A stretch of 47,940 bases of DNA from Cyanophyceae cyanobacterium (GCA_038321985.1 JBBQFN010000037.1:1-47940), one strand, 5' to 3'; shown: positions 11,039-19,161, counted from the stretch's first letter. Made by a program: numbers and translations. The notes: generated from the letters alone by a model not told the origin.

Positions 11039-11701
11039 TTGAGTGCTGAGATAGCTGTGACCCAAGCAAAAGCTAGAAAAGGCAAGAATGTTAAACCCGT
11101 TCGAGATGCTGAAGCAACACAAGCCGTGATTTTGGCAGCAGCAGAGGAAGAGTTTGCCCAATATGGGTTTACAGCGACTAGAACTGAAGCGATCTCCGCT
11201 AAAACCAAGTTGGCAAAGTCAATGATTTATTACTATTTCAAGGATAAGGAGGGACTCTATCAGGCAGTCTTGACGCGATCGCACGCAGATCTTCTAAAAA
11301 CCATTCAAAAATTAGAGTTAGAGCAGTTATCGCCTGAAGTTGCGCTAGAGGAATTTTTAAGGGCATTACTGGATTGCGTATCCCGTAACCCAAGGCTTCC
11401 GACCATCATGTTTCATGAAGCCATGCAAAATCAGGGGAAATACTATAAGGAAAGTAGCTCAGTAAATATTGATACGATTTTGATTGCAACCTTAAATCGA
11501 GGTTTGACAGCAGGAGTGTTTCGTTCACTCGATCCATTTCAGTCTGCTATTAATATTATGGGAGCTTGCTTATTCTATTTTATTGGCGCAGGCAACATCC
11601 AGCAATTTCCACAAGGGAAGCAACTTTTGAGCAAAGCCATGCTGGAGGAGCATACTCAAGAGGCGATCTCGCTAATCTTAGCAGGTGTTCGACCATCTTG
11701 A
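11039..11701 (+). CDS. TetR/AcrR family transcriptional regulator
   Basis: ILAAAEEEFAQYGFTAT...MIYYYFKDKEGLY HTH; start may be GTG 11057. Confidence 0.92.
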   Translation: MSAEIAVTQAKARKGKNVKPVRDAEATQAVILAAAEEEFAQYGFTATRTEAISAKTKLAKSMIYYYFKDKEGLYQAVLTRSHADLLKTIQKLELEQLSPEVALEEFLRALLDCVSRNPRLPTIMFHEAMQNQGKYYKESSSVNIDTILIATLNRGLTAGVFRSLDPFQSAINIMGACLFYFIGAGNIQQFPQGKQLLSKAMLEEHTQEAISLILAGVRPS

Positions 11702-11706
11702 TAGCA

Positions 11707-11793
11707 GCCGAACAACCCGGCTGCACGAGAACGAAGTCAAGTTATCACTGAGATGCTAAGTTTGTCTGCGTCCGGTAAGCTTTACCGTGCGAC
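11707..11793 (+). repeat. attC site (degenerate core GTGCGAC)
   Basis: GCCGAAC 6 nt after the tetR stop; GCTGCACG...GGTAAGC boxes; 87 bp; right arm TTGTCTGCGTCCG shared with 18371-18459. Confidence 0.72.
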
Positions 11794-11912
11794 CGCTTCG
11801 CCTACGAGTGGTAGCAGTAATTAAGAGATTACTCATGGGTGGTTGGGCGGTATTTCTAAATATGGTCCGTATTTCTAAAGATCAATTCAGCACAATCAGT
11901 TTTTGAGTTGAA

Positions 11913-12578
11913 TTAAACTGTTTCTGTTAGTTGGGTATTCAGGGCTACGCGATCAAGCCCGTAACTTTGCAACAGGTCACTCAAAACAGCTTTATCTGTT
12001 TCAGATAGCCGAAGTAAACCCCACAAGAGATGTTCAGTCCCGATTGATTTCTTACCCTGAAGTCGAACGATTTGTAAAGCAAGCTCCAGAACGAACTTAC
12101 TTTGTGGACTGAATTTTAGATTCTCGCGGGATTCAAAAGAATGTTCATTGGTTTCGATCTCTGGCATTACACCATTAGCTTGAAGTAAACGAGCCGAGGT
12201 TGTGGTGGGATCAGCCAACAAGCCAGTCAGCAGATGTTCGGGTTCAACTTGAAAGTTCTGTAATCGTGCTGCCTCATTTCGAGCAAAATTGATTGCATTG
12301 ATCGCCTCTTCAGTAAACCGCTCAAACCCAAACTCGAAGCCAAAGAAAGTTTTGACTCGCTCAACCAGTGTTTGCATGGAGTTCTTAGCCTCATAAACGA
12401 AAACGTCTTCGATTGCAACGTTAAACAGACGGGCAAGTTTGAAAGCCATGTCTAAGCTGGGGTCAAACTTACCCGATTCAAACCCATTGATCGCCTGACG
12501 ACTAACTCCTAATTCTCTGGCGAGGTCAGATTGTGACCATTGATGCAGTTGTCGAAGTTCCTTCAGTCGGGTTTTCAT
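11913..12578 (-). CDS. XRE-family HTH regulator fused to a Clp N-terminal repeat domain
   Basis: N-term LKELRQ...SQSDLARELGVSRQAINGFESGKFDPSL; C-term FERFTEEA...EPEHLLTGLL...IGTEHLLWGLL. Confidence 0.88.
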   Translation of the reverse strand: MKTRLKELRQLHQWSQSDLARELGVSRQAINGFESGKFDPSLDMAFKLARLFNVAIEDVFVYEAKNSMQTLVERVKTFFGFEFGFERFTEEAINAINFARNEAARLQNFQVEPEHLLTGLLADPTTTSARLLQANGVMPEIETNEHSFESRENLKFSPQSKFVLELALQIVRLQGKKSIGTEHLLWGLLRLSETDKAVLSDLLQSYGLDRVALNTQLTETV

Positions 12579-12594
12579 AGGGTTGCCTGTTCGC

Positions 12595-12648
12595 TGTCAA
12601 GTAATACTTTACAGCACTGCGGAGTAGAATGTCAAGTAGAGCTTGACA
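12595..12648 (-). promoter_or_regulatory. Promoter with two palindromic operators upstream of the XRE-ClpN gene
   Basis: TGTCAAG-N5-CTTGACA (12630-12648) and TGTCAAG-N5-CTTTACA (12595-12613); minus-strand TTGACA-N18-TAAAGT. Confidence 0.72.
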
Positions 12649-12653
12649 AAGAT

Positions 12654-12718
12654 GCCTGACGGCTAGAAGATCTTGGGTTGCCGAGGGTATCTGCCCCCGC
12701 TTATCTTAGTCGTTGTGC
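12654..12718 (+). repeat. attC site, internally deleted (core GTTGTGC)
   Basis: 12658-12714 is identical to 17197-17251 apart from a 2-nt indel; ends GCTTATCTTAGTCGTT like 15270-15355. Confidence 0.78.
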
Positions 12719-12810
12719 TGCTTGGTTTCTCTGTAGGGGGCAGTTCAGAAAGATTATCGCTGTGAGCATGGCGATAGAATAATTTTTACTTTCTATAGAG
12801 CATCAAAGCC

Positions 12811-13701
12811 GTGCAAAATCTCGAACCTCGACTCGTTAAGCTTGAGCAGGCAGACGCTTGGCAGCAGGTTTTACCGTTACCGCCTTTTATGTCCAGCCAG
12901 CAGGCAGGATGGAAGGGAATTCATTTTGAATATCATCGCCAGCCCATTCATGCAACTCCTGACTATGCCTTTCCAGTGCATATCATAAGTATTGGGTTAA
13001 GCTACGAGTCAACTGAGTTTAAGGCAAATCGCCGAGTCTACAAACGGTTCTATCCAGGCAATGTAGCGATTCATCCCGCCTACAAAAGCTTAAGTACCGA
13101 AGCGTATGGCAACGCGGAATTTATGCTGATGGCACTTCATCCCGATTTACTTGCACTGGTAACGGATAGAAATTTTGGCGTAGAGCAAATTGAACTCATA
13201 CCCCAAGTTTTGGGGCGAGATCCTCTGATCTATCAGATGGGACTAGAGCTGAAACGAGAACTTGAATTTGCGGGCAGAGATAGTCAGCTTTATGCAGAAT
13301 CGATGGCAACGGCTCTAGCAACACACTTGATTAGACGGTATGCAACAAGAACCGTAATGATCAAAGAGTATTCAGGTGGGCTACCCCCTCACAAACTTAG
13401 AACCGCGATCACTTACATTCAAGACCATCTTGATCAACGACTGAGTTTGGGGGAGATGGCAGGCATGGTGCAAATGAGTCCTCATTATTTTGCCAGTCTC
13501 TTCAAACAGTCGATCGGCGTTGCTCCTTACCAGTATGTGACCCAATGCCGAATTGAGCGAGCAAAGCAATTACTTACTCAACCTGAATTATCAATCGTTG
13601 AAGTCTGTCAACAGGTTGGGTTCCAGAGTCAGAGTCATTTCACAAAAGTATTTCGGGAACGGATGGGCATTACACCAAAGGCTTATCGAAATTTGCTCTG
13701 A
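12811..13701 (+). CDS. AraC family transcriptional regulator
   Basis: C-terminal double HTH (SPHYFASLFKQSIG...VGFQSQSHFTKVFRERMGITP); GTG start. Confidence 0.93.
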   Translation: MQNLEPRLVKLEQADAWQQVLPLPPFMSSQQAGWKGIHFEYHRQPIHATPDYAFPVHIISIGLSYESTEFKANRRVYKRFYPGNVAIHPAYKSLSTEAYGNAEFMLMALHPDLLALVTDRNFGVEQIELIPQVLGRDPLIYQMGLELKRELEFAGRDSQLYAESMATALATHLIRRYATRTVMIKEYSGGLPPHKLRTAITYIQDHLDQRLSLGEMAGMVQMSPHYFASLFKQSIGVAPYQYVTQCRIERAKQLLTQPELSIVEVCQQVGFQSQSHFTKVFRERMGITPKAYRNLL

Positions 13702-13810
13702 AGTTTTTGGTCGATCACGATAATTATTGGAAGATCGCGAAAGACAAGCCGAAACGGTTTCAATTAAACTCCATGTTGAGTAAGACCGTTCAGACTAAAT
13801 TTCTGCACCC

Positions 13811-15253
13811 ATGAGTGATATTGTTTTTTGGACAGCCAGTCAGATTGCAGCAGCGATTCGCGATCGTCAAGTTTCAGTCCAAGATGTTTTAGAAGCGCAT
13901 CTCCAGCAGATCAAAGCGCACAATACCAAACTTAACGCGATCGTCACACTTGATGAAGAATATGCTCGACAGCAAGCTAAAGCGGCAGATGATGCGATCG
14001 CTAGAGGAGAAATTTGGGGCGCACTACATGGTGTGCCCATTACTGTGAAAGATTGCTATGAAACGGAGGGACTGCGATCGACCTGCGGTTATAAAAAATT
14101 CTTTGATTATATTCCCGACCAAGATGCCACAATTGTTGCTCGAATGAAAGCGGCAGGAGCAATTGTGCTTGGAAAAACCAATATGGCGATTCTTGCCTCT
14201 GATATGCAGACCATCTCGGATTTTGGCCGCACCAACAATCCTTGGGATTTGTCTTGTACGGCGGGAGGCAGTAGCGGTGGAAGTGCCGTTGCAGTGGCAG
14301 CCGGATTTGTACCAATGGATCTCTGTACAGGATTGGGGGGGTCGGCTCGAATTCCAGCGCACTTTTGCGGAGTGTTTGGGATCAAACCAACCGAAAATCG
14401 CGTTTCAATGGCAGGGGCATGGATTGCCCCGTTGGAAGGTGATGCGGGACTTCAATATATGTATGCTCCAGGTGTCATGACTCGTTCTGTAGAAGATTTG
14501 AAGCTTTGGCTTTCGATCGTCGAAGGTCAAGATGAACGATGGATTTATACACCGCCTGCTCCCAAAGACATGGCTAATTCTCGTCCGCTTCAGTCTTATC
14601 GGATTGCTTGGGCAGATACGTTTGGAGAGATTACTGCCAATCAAGAAACACACAATATGATGGCTAAAGTCACACAAACTCTGGCTGAACAAGGTTGCCA
14701 GATTGAAAAGACATCACCTTCCAACTTTGACTACACGGCTGCTTGGGAGAACTATGGAGAGTTGATCGGTGCTTGGTTAGCAACCCGTCCGATGCCGAAG
14801 CAGCCCACGCTGAAGAACGATCTGCGTAAACTGATCGCGGGTGGTGCAGTGATTAAAGGCGCACTGAGAGGATCGCGGCTAAAGCTGAAGCAATACGGTG
14901 CTGCTCTCGCCCGCCGAGTCGCTTTCACGGAGCAAATGGACAACTTTTTATCTCAATGGGATGCCTGGATTTGTCCAGTTGTTCCTTTCCCCGCTTTTAA
15001 GCACCATACGCCAGGAAAACCAATTGAGGTTGATGGTGAGCGAATGCCTTATGTTTTGGGAGGGATTGCCTACACCAGCATCTTTACATTGACCGGACAT
15101 CCGGTTGTCGTGATTCCGATTGAACAAACTCAGAAGGGATTACCAATTGGTATTCATATTGTTGGCAGGCGTTGGCAAGATTTCCAGCTTCTCGATCTAG
15201 CTGAGAAAATTGTGGGAGTCATAGGTACTGTCTCTCGCCCACCTGGATATTGA
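13811..15253 (+). CDS. Amidase (amidase signature family)
   Basis: LHGVPITVKD, GKTN, GGSSGGSA, GGSARIPA. Confidence 0.93.
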   Translation: MSDIVFWTASQIAAAIRDRQVSVQDVLEAHLQQIKAHNTKLNAIVTLDEEYARQQAKAADDAIARGEIWGALHGVPITVKDCYETEGLRSTCGYKKFFDYIPDQDATIVARMKAAGAIVLGKTNMAILASDMQTISDFGRTNNPWDLSCTAGGSSGGSAVAVAAGFVPMDLCTGLGGSARIPAHFCGVFGIKPTENRVSMAGAWIAPLEGDAGLQYMYAPGVMTRSVEDLKLWLSIVEGQDERWIYTPPAPKDMANSRPLQSYRIAWADTFGEITANQETHNMMAKVTQTLAEQGCQIEKTSPSNFDYTAAWENYGELIGAWLATRPMPKQPTLKNDLRKLIAGGAVIKGALRGSRLKLKQYGAALARRVAFTEQMDNFLSQWDAWICPVVPFPAFKHHTPGKPIEVDGERMPYVLGGIAYTSIFTLTGHPVVVIPIEQTQKGLPIGIHIVGRRWQDFQLLDLAEKIVGVIGTVSRPPGY

Positions 15254-15269
15254 TAGATGGGCGATCTCA

Positions 15270-15355
15270 GTACAACAAGTGAAGGAAGCGGACGGGCGAA
15301 AGATCTCGGTTGTGGTGCTAAAGTCATCTGCCGCCGCTTATCTTAGTCGTTAGCT
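15270..15355 (+). repeat. attC site, full length
   Basis: GTACAAC-N5-AAGGAAGC...GCTTATC-N6-GTTAGCT, 86 bp, 17 nt after the amidase stop. Confidence 0.85.
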
Positions 15356-15635
15356 GTCTTCGGTCATCTGTGGTGGCGTTGTTCTGAGATCACTTGCTGA
15401 AGTTCAACATTAGCTTAGACAGCAGATTCCTGATCAGTACGATACCAACGCAAAGTCACCGCAGATTGGATCTCGACTGATTTTACGCATCCAGAGGAAC
15501 TTACTCCAGAAATAACAAAGTTGCTTAAGTTCTCTAAGGACGCAAGTGAAAACCTTTTTGCTTGTATCAAAAGGGTTAATAATAAGGTGCTCAGCGATCG
15601 CCTGGTAATTTCTACGGTATTCAGACACAGATCAT

Positions 15636-16223
15636 TCAGACTCGATGCCGGGTTAGTAACGTCTCGATCAATTGTTGAGCCATTTTTAATCGTTTAGGAT
15701 CATTGGATTGCGCGACCCACCCTGCTAACTCATTGAGAGAACCATTGACCAAATGAGCAAAGCCCTCTACATCGATCGTGTTTAGTTTTCCCTCCTTGAC
15801 GGCTATCTGGATTGCTTCATGAAGCAATCCAAACCCATACTGATCGAACTCGACTAAGGTGTCTGCCGCCAAAACCGCTGGGGCTTCAATGAACACCAAT
15901 CGTCGCAATTCCTCTTGCTGTGCAATTTCTAAGAATGCCTGACAACCCATTACCAACTGTTCCCAATTATTGTCTAGGGGCTGTATTTTGCTTCTGATGT
16001 AGCTTGTGATCTCGTCATAGGCTTCGGCAATGACCGCTTTAAAGACTCCCAGCTTATCGTTGAATTGGTGGTACAACGCCCCACGAGTAATCCCTAACTC
16101 ACTGATAATTGCCTCGGTTCCGGTGGCTGCATACCCTTTGGTTGCAAAGAGATAACGCGCCCGAACAAGGATGGCACGGCGGGTGCGTAAGGTTTGTTCG
16201 GCTTTGGTCAGTTTAGGGGACAT
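15636..16223 (-). CDS. TetR/AcrR family transcriptional regulator
   Basis: TRRAILVRARYLFATKGYAAT...ITRGALYHQF; ATG 16223 preferred over the upstream non-ATG start. Confidence 0.9.
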   Translation of the reverse strand: MSPKLTKAEQTLRTRRAILVRARYLFATKGYAATGTEAIISELGITRGALYHQFNDKLGVFKAVIAEAYDEITSYIRSKIQPLDNNWEQLVMGCQAFLEIAQQEELRRLVFIEAPAVLAADTLVEFDQYGFGLLHEAIQIAVKEGKLNTIDVEGFAHLVNGSLNELAGWVAQSNDPKRLKMAQQLIETLLTRHRV

Positions 16224-16236
16224 AAGAGTTGATTTA

Positions 16237-16306
16237 ACATTCATTCAGTATGTATCTTGACAGGATTGGAAAGACTCAATATATTGGATACATACAGATT
16301 GTATCT
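16237..16306 (+). promoter_or_regulatory. Sigma70 promoter of the GNAT gene flanked by two TetR-type operators
   Basis: TTGACA (16257-16262)-N17-TATATT (16280-16285); ACATTC-N5-GTATGT (16237-16253) and ACATAC-N5-GTATCT (16290-16306). Confidence 0.75.
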
Positions 16307-16336
16307 TTTATGGAGATTTTTCTCAAGGAGGCTGTT

Positions 16337-17011
16337 ATGCAAACCAATTTAAACACTCGCCAAGCCACGATCGCTGATATTCCTTTTCTTGCCAGAATTG
16401 AGTACGAAGCTTCCTTACCTCCTGTGAATCAGTGCTTTTGGGAGGACATTTTGCAAGGCACTGGAACAAGAGCAATGCAATTCATTGAGGCGAAACTGAG
16501 AGCAGGGGCTTCTAACTGGGGTAATGTAACTGATTTCTTGATTGTGGAAGAACAGGGAAAGCCCGTCGCAGCGGCAGCAGGTTACAAGCCCAACTTAGAA
16601 GATTACTGCCCCCTGCGTTTATCCCATCTGGATATGATCGCGCAAGATTTGAAGTGGTCTCAAGATATTGCATTGAGTTTTCGCGATCGCTACATACAAT
16701 TTTGGGGTGGTGATTCGCGACCGTTTTTTCTAACCCCTCAAGCACCTTGGATTATTGAAAATGTTGCCGTCTTGCCAGAAGCACGAGGTCGAGGGTTAGG
16801 AAAAGTGTTACTTAAATCCTTGTTAGAGGAAGGGCGATCGCAGCAGCATTCTCATGGGGGAATTATGGTAATCAACGGGAACGATGCGGCTCGTCATACC
16901 TATGAGTCTATTGGGTTTAAGCCATACCAAACCTTTCATGCTGAGTATTTCGCAGATCAATTTAATCTCGAATTTCCAGGCATTACCAAGTTCGGTTTTT
17001 GTTTCAATTAA
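16337..17011 (+). CDS. GNAT family N-acetyltransferase
   Basis: VAVLPEARGRGLGK motif A, NDAARHTYESIGF; AAGGAGG RBS before ATG 16337. Confidence 0.9.
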   Translation: MQTNLNTRQATIADIPFLARIEYEASLPPVNQCFWEDILQGTGTRAMQFIEAKLRAGASNWGNVTDFLIVEEQGKPVAAAAGYKPNLEDYCPLRLSHLDMIAQDLKWSQDIALSFRDRYIQFWGGDSRPFFLTPQAPWIIENVAVLPEARGRGLGKVLLKSLLEEGRSQQHSHGGIMVINGNDAARHTYESIGFKPYQTFHAEYFADQFNLEFPGITKFGFCFN

Positions 17012-17082
17012 ACAGGAGAATATAATAGGTCGTTTAAGACGATTCTTATGACTGGCACGATCCGTGGCATTGGGCTTGCATC

Positions 17083-17184
17083 GGTTATGGGTTGTGGGCG
17101 TAGTTGGAAACTTATCGGTCATTGCATAAAGTGCAGCGTACTTTAAAGGCGATCGCCATATGGTGTTGGAAACTAAACGGTTAA
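17083..17184 (+). pseudogene. Truncated duplicate of the 5' end of the GNAT cassette at 19386-19487
   Basis: 102 bp with 4 mismatches to 19386-19487, including the first 8 codons (MVLETKRL); preceded by a degenerate core ATTGGGC at 17069. Confidence 0.85.
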
Positions 17185-17187
17185 TTT

Positions 17188-17255
17188 GATGAAGCGGACG
17201 GCTAGAAGATCTTGGGTTGGAGGGTATCTGCCCCCGCTTATCTTAGTCGTTATCT
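17188..17255 (+). repeat. attC site lacking R'' (core GTTATCT)
   Basis: GATGAAGC (L'')...GCTTATC (L')-TTAGTC-GTTATCT; near-identical to 12658-12714. Confidence 0.8.
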
Positions 17256-17291
17256 CGCTGCACGCGGCGTTGATGTAAACTGAGGGGCATT

Positions 17292-17813
17292 ATGGAACAA
17301 GGCAAGACCATCTTTCTCAACGGGACAAGCAGTTCAGGCAAATCTACCACAGCCAAACTTTTGCAGCAGCGTTTGGACGTAGCGTTTCTTCATGTGCAAA
17401 TGGACGACTTTTTCAATATGGTTCCCGTCCAATACAAAGACGATGTTGAAGTTTGCGGAAGGATGTTGGCTGGTTTTCATCATTCCATTTCGGCTTTAGT
17501 CAAGACGAACAACAACGTCATTGTTGACCATGTTTTGTTTCACGACGCTTGGCTAAAGGAATGTGCGGAGTTGTTACGAAACGATTATGTGTTGTTTGTT
17601 GGCGTCCATTGCCCACTGCCCGAACTTGAACGTCGTGAAAAGCACAGAGAAGACAGAGGCGACGGTTGGGCGCGAGAGCAATACGAAGTCATTCATGCCG
17701 ACAAAGTTTATGATGTTGAAATAAATACCTTTGCCTCAACGCCGAAAGAATGTGTCGAGCAAATCATCGCTTTTTACACGAGTCAACAGCCCAGCGCATT
17801 CAAGCAGGTGTAA
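17292..17813 (+). CDS. Chloramphenicol phosphotransferase (CPT)-like P-loop kinase
   Basis: IFLNGTSSSGKST, NVIVDHV, FVGVHCPLPELERREKHREDR, YDVEINT. Confidence 0.85.
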   Translation: MEQGKTIFLNGTSSSGKSTTAKLLQQRLDVAFLHVQMDDFFNMVPVQYKDDVEVCGRMLAGFHHSISALVKTNNNVIVDHVLFHDAWLKECAELLRNDYVLFVGVHCPLPELERREKHREDRGDGWAREQYEVIHADKVYDVEINTFASTPKECVEQIIAFYTSQQPSAFKQV

Positions 17814-17828
17814 GAGTCGTCAACAGCG

Positions 17829-17914
17829 ACATAACAAGGCGCGGCACCCGACCGCCTACAGCTTCGTTCGTTCCTTACTTCGCTTCCCTCGGCGGGTGAG
17901 CTTGGTCGTTAGCA
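17829..17914 (+). repeat. attC site, full length and canonical
   Basis: ACATAAC-AAGGC-GCGGCACC-CGACCGCC...GGCG-GGTGAGC-TTGGTC-GTTAGCA, 86 bp; L'' is one base longer than L'. Confidence 0.92.
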
Positions 17915-17927
17915 GTCAGGAGAAACT

Positions 17928-18413
17928 ATGACACCAGAGGAAATCATTCAATATATATGCAACGCTCTCCCAGGTGTAGTCCCAAAAGCGAGTTGGGGCG
18001 AAACGTCAATGTTTTACAATCCTGGTCGCCTGTTGCCTAATGGTGTTTATTTTTGCACGCTCAAACAACATAATGGCGAGAACGACAAAGCCTCAACTCT
18101 TGATCGAGAAGGTGTGTTTAGAGTTGCGATAGGTCTTAACCCCAAAACCTATGTTCGCTTATTTGGTCAGAAACCAGCACGCCCTGGCAAGGGAGATATT
18201 GTTGCAACAGATCACGACTTTACAAAGTTGAATGAGCTTATGCCACATCCAATTTACGCTTGGATGTCCTGGGTACAAATACTTTCCCCTAGCCGAGACA
18301 AGTTTGAGGGTGTTTTTCCTCTAATTGAGGAGGCGCATCAGGAGGCCGTCAAAAAGTTTGAGAAAAAGACTGCCAACAATTCTGTTGCAACAGAACGGTT
18401 CGATATCTGTTGA
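17928..18413 (+). CDS. Hypothetical protein, DUF6194-like
   Basis: SWGETSMFYNP, YFCTLK, LDREGVFR, LMPHPIYAWMSWV; AGGAG RBS directly after the attC core. Confidence 0.75.
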   Translation: MTPEEIIQYICNALPGVVPKASWGETSMFYNPGRLLPNGVYFCTLKQHNGENDKASTLDREGVFRVAIGLNPKTYVRLFGQKPARPGKGDIVATDHDFTKLNELMPHPIYAWMSWVQILSPSRDKFEGVFPLIEEAHQEAVKKFEKKTANNSVATERFDIC

Positions 18414-18459
18414 TTGAGTTGCCAAGCTTGTCTGCGTCCGATGAACCGAGCCATTGGGC
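18371..18459 (+). repeat. attC site (core mutated to ATTGGGC); overlaps the 3' end of the upstream gene
   Basis: TGCCAAC...GTTGCAAC...GATGAAC-N6-ATTGGGC, 89 bp; same family as 11707-11793. Confidence 0.78.
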
Positions 18460-18560
18460 TGCTTTACTCCCCGGTAAGGACGGTACAGAAAGGCTATCTA
18501 TTGGTGTCAAAGAGCGAGCTGCCGTAGAGTTTTCCGTAGGGCGATATTTCGAGGATAAAG

Positions 18561-19097
18561 ATGGAACTTAATGTTCGTGACGGTTTCTACCTAACCAGTG
18601 TTCATCCCAAGGACAAGTCGGCTTATTTAGAACATCTCAACGATAAGAGTGTTTCTGATGCAATTCCTGTTCTTCCTTATCCCTACACAGAAGCTGCGGC
18701 TGACTGGTGGATACAACATCGCCTTGAACTGTTAAGTGAGAATGGTAAGGAAATTTCTTTCGCGCTTCGTAATTCCGAAGGTTATTTGATCGGTTCAGTT
18801 GGGGTGGATGATTTCAAAATAGGGAAAATACATAAAGCAGAAATCGGATATTGGTTAGCCAGAGCCTATCGAGGTCAGAGTTTAGCAAGTGATGCGTTAC
18901 GTGTTTTTGTTAGGTATGCATTTGAACATCTTGAAGTAACCCGTCTTACTGCTCATACACTAGATTTCAACATAGCATCAGCAAGAATTTTAGAGAAAAA
19001 TGGATTTAAGCTGGAAGGATGTTTAAGAAAACATACAAAGACTCGAAGCGGTGTGTTTGATACATTGGCGTGGGGGTTACTTGAAGGTGAAGAATAG
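18561..19097 (+). CDS. GNAT acetyltransferase, RimJ/RimL type
   Basis: PYPYTEAAADWW, AEIGYWLARAYRG, NIASARILEKNGFKLEG; GAGGA RBS. Confidence 0.9.
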   Translation: MELNVRDGFYLTSVHPKDKSAYLEHLNDKSVSDAIPVLPYPYTEAAADWWIQHRLELLSENGKEISFALRNSEGYLIGSVGVDDFKIGKIHKAEIGYWLARAYRGQSLASDALRVFVRYAFEHLEVTRLTAHTLDFNIASARILEKNGFKLEGCLRKHTKTRSGVFDTLAWGLLEGEE

Positions 19098-19099
19098 CA

Positions 19100-19160
19100 A
19101 CCCAAGACTGCGTTGGAGCCGAACAACCAGAGGCTGCTGGTCAAGAGGATAAGTTTCTGT
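19100..19160 (+). repeat. attC left part, truncated
   Basis: ACCCAAG-N5-GTTGGAGC-CGAAC directly after the GNAT stop; flank GCAACCCAAG is near-complementary to the cassette start ATTGGGCTGC. Confidence 0.6.
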
Positions 19161-19161
19161 G

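Noticed and set aside
10924..11208. 95-aa N-terminal extension of the monooxygenase ORF
   Set aside because: Overlaps tetR antisense and the operator region; the Rossmann motif begins right after ATG 10923
15356..15635. ORF 15434-15628 (-) and a possible tiny cassette remnant (GCTGTCT 15353 / AGACAGC 15417)
   Set aside because: No recognisable protein motif; a 7-bp match without L boxes is too weak
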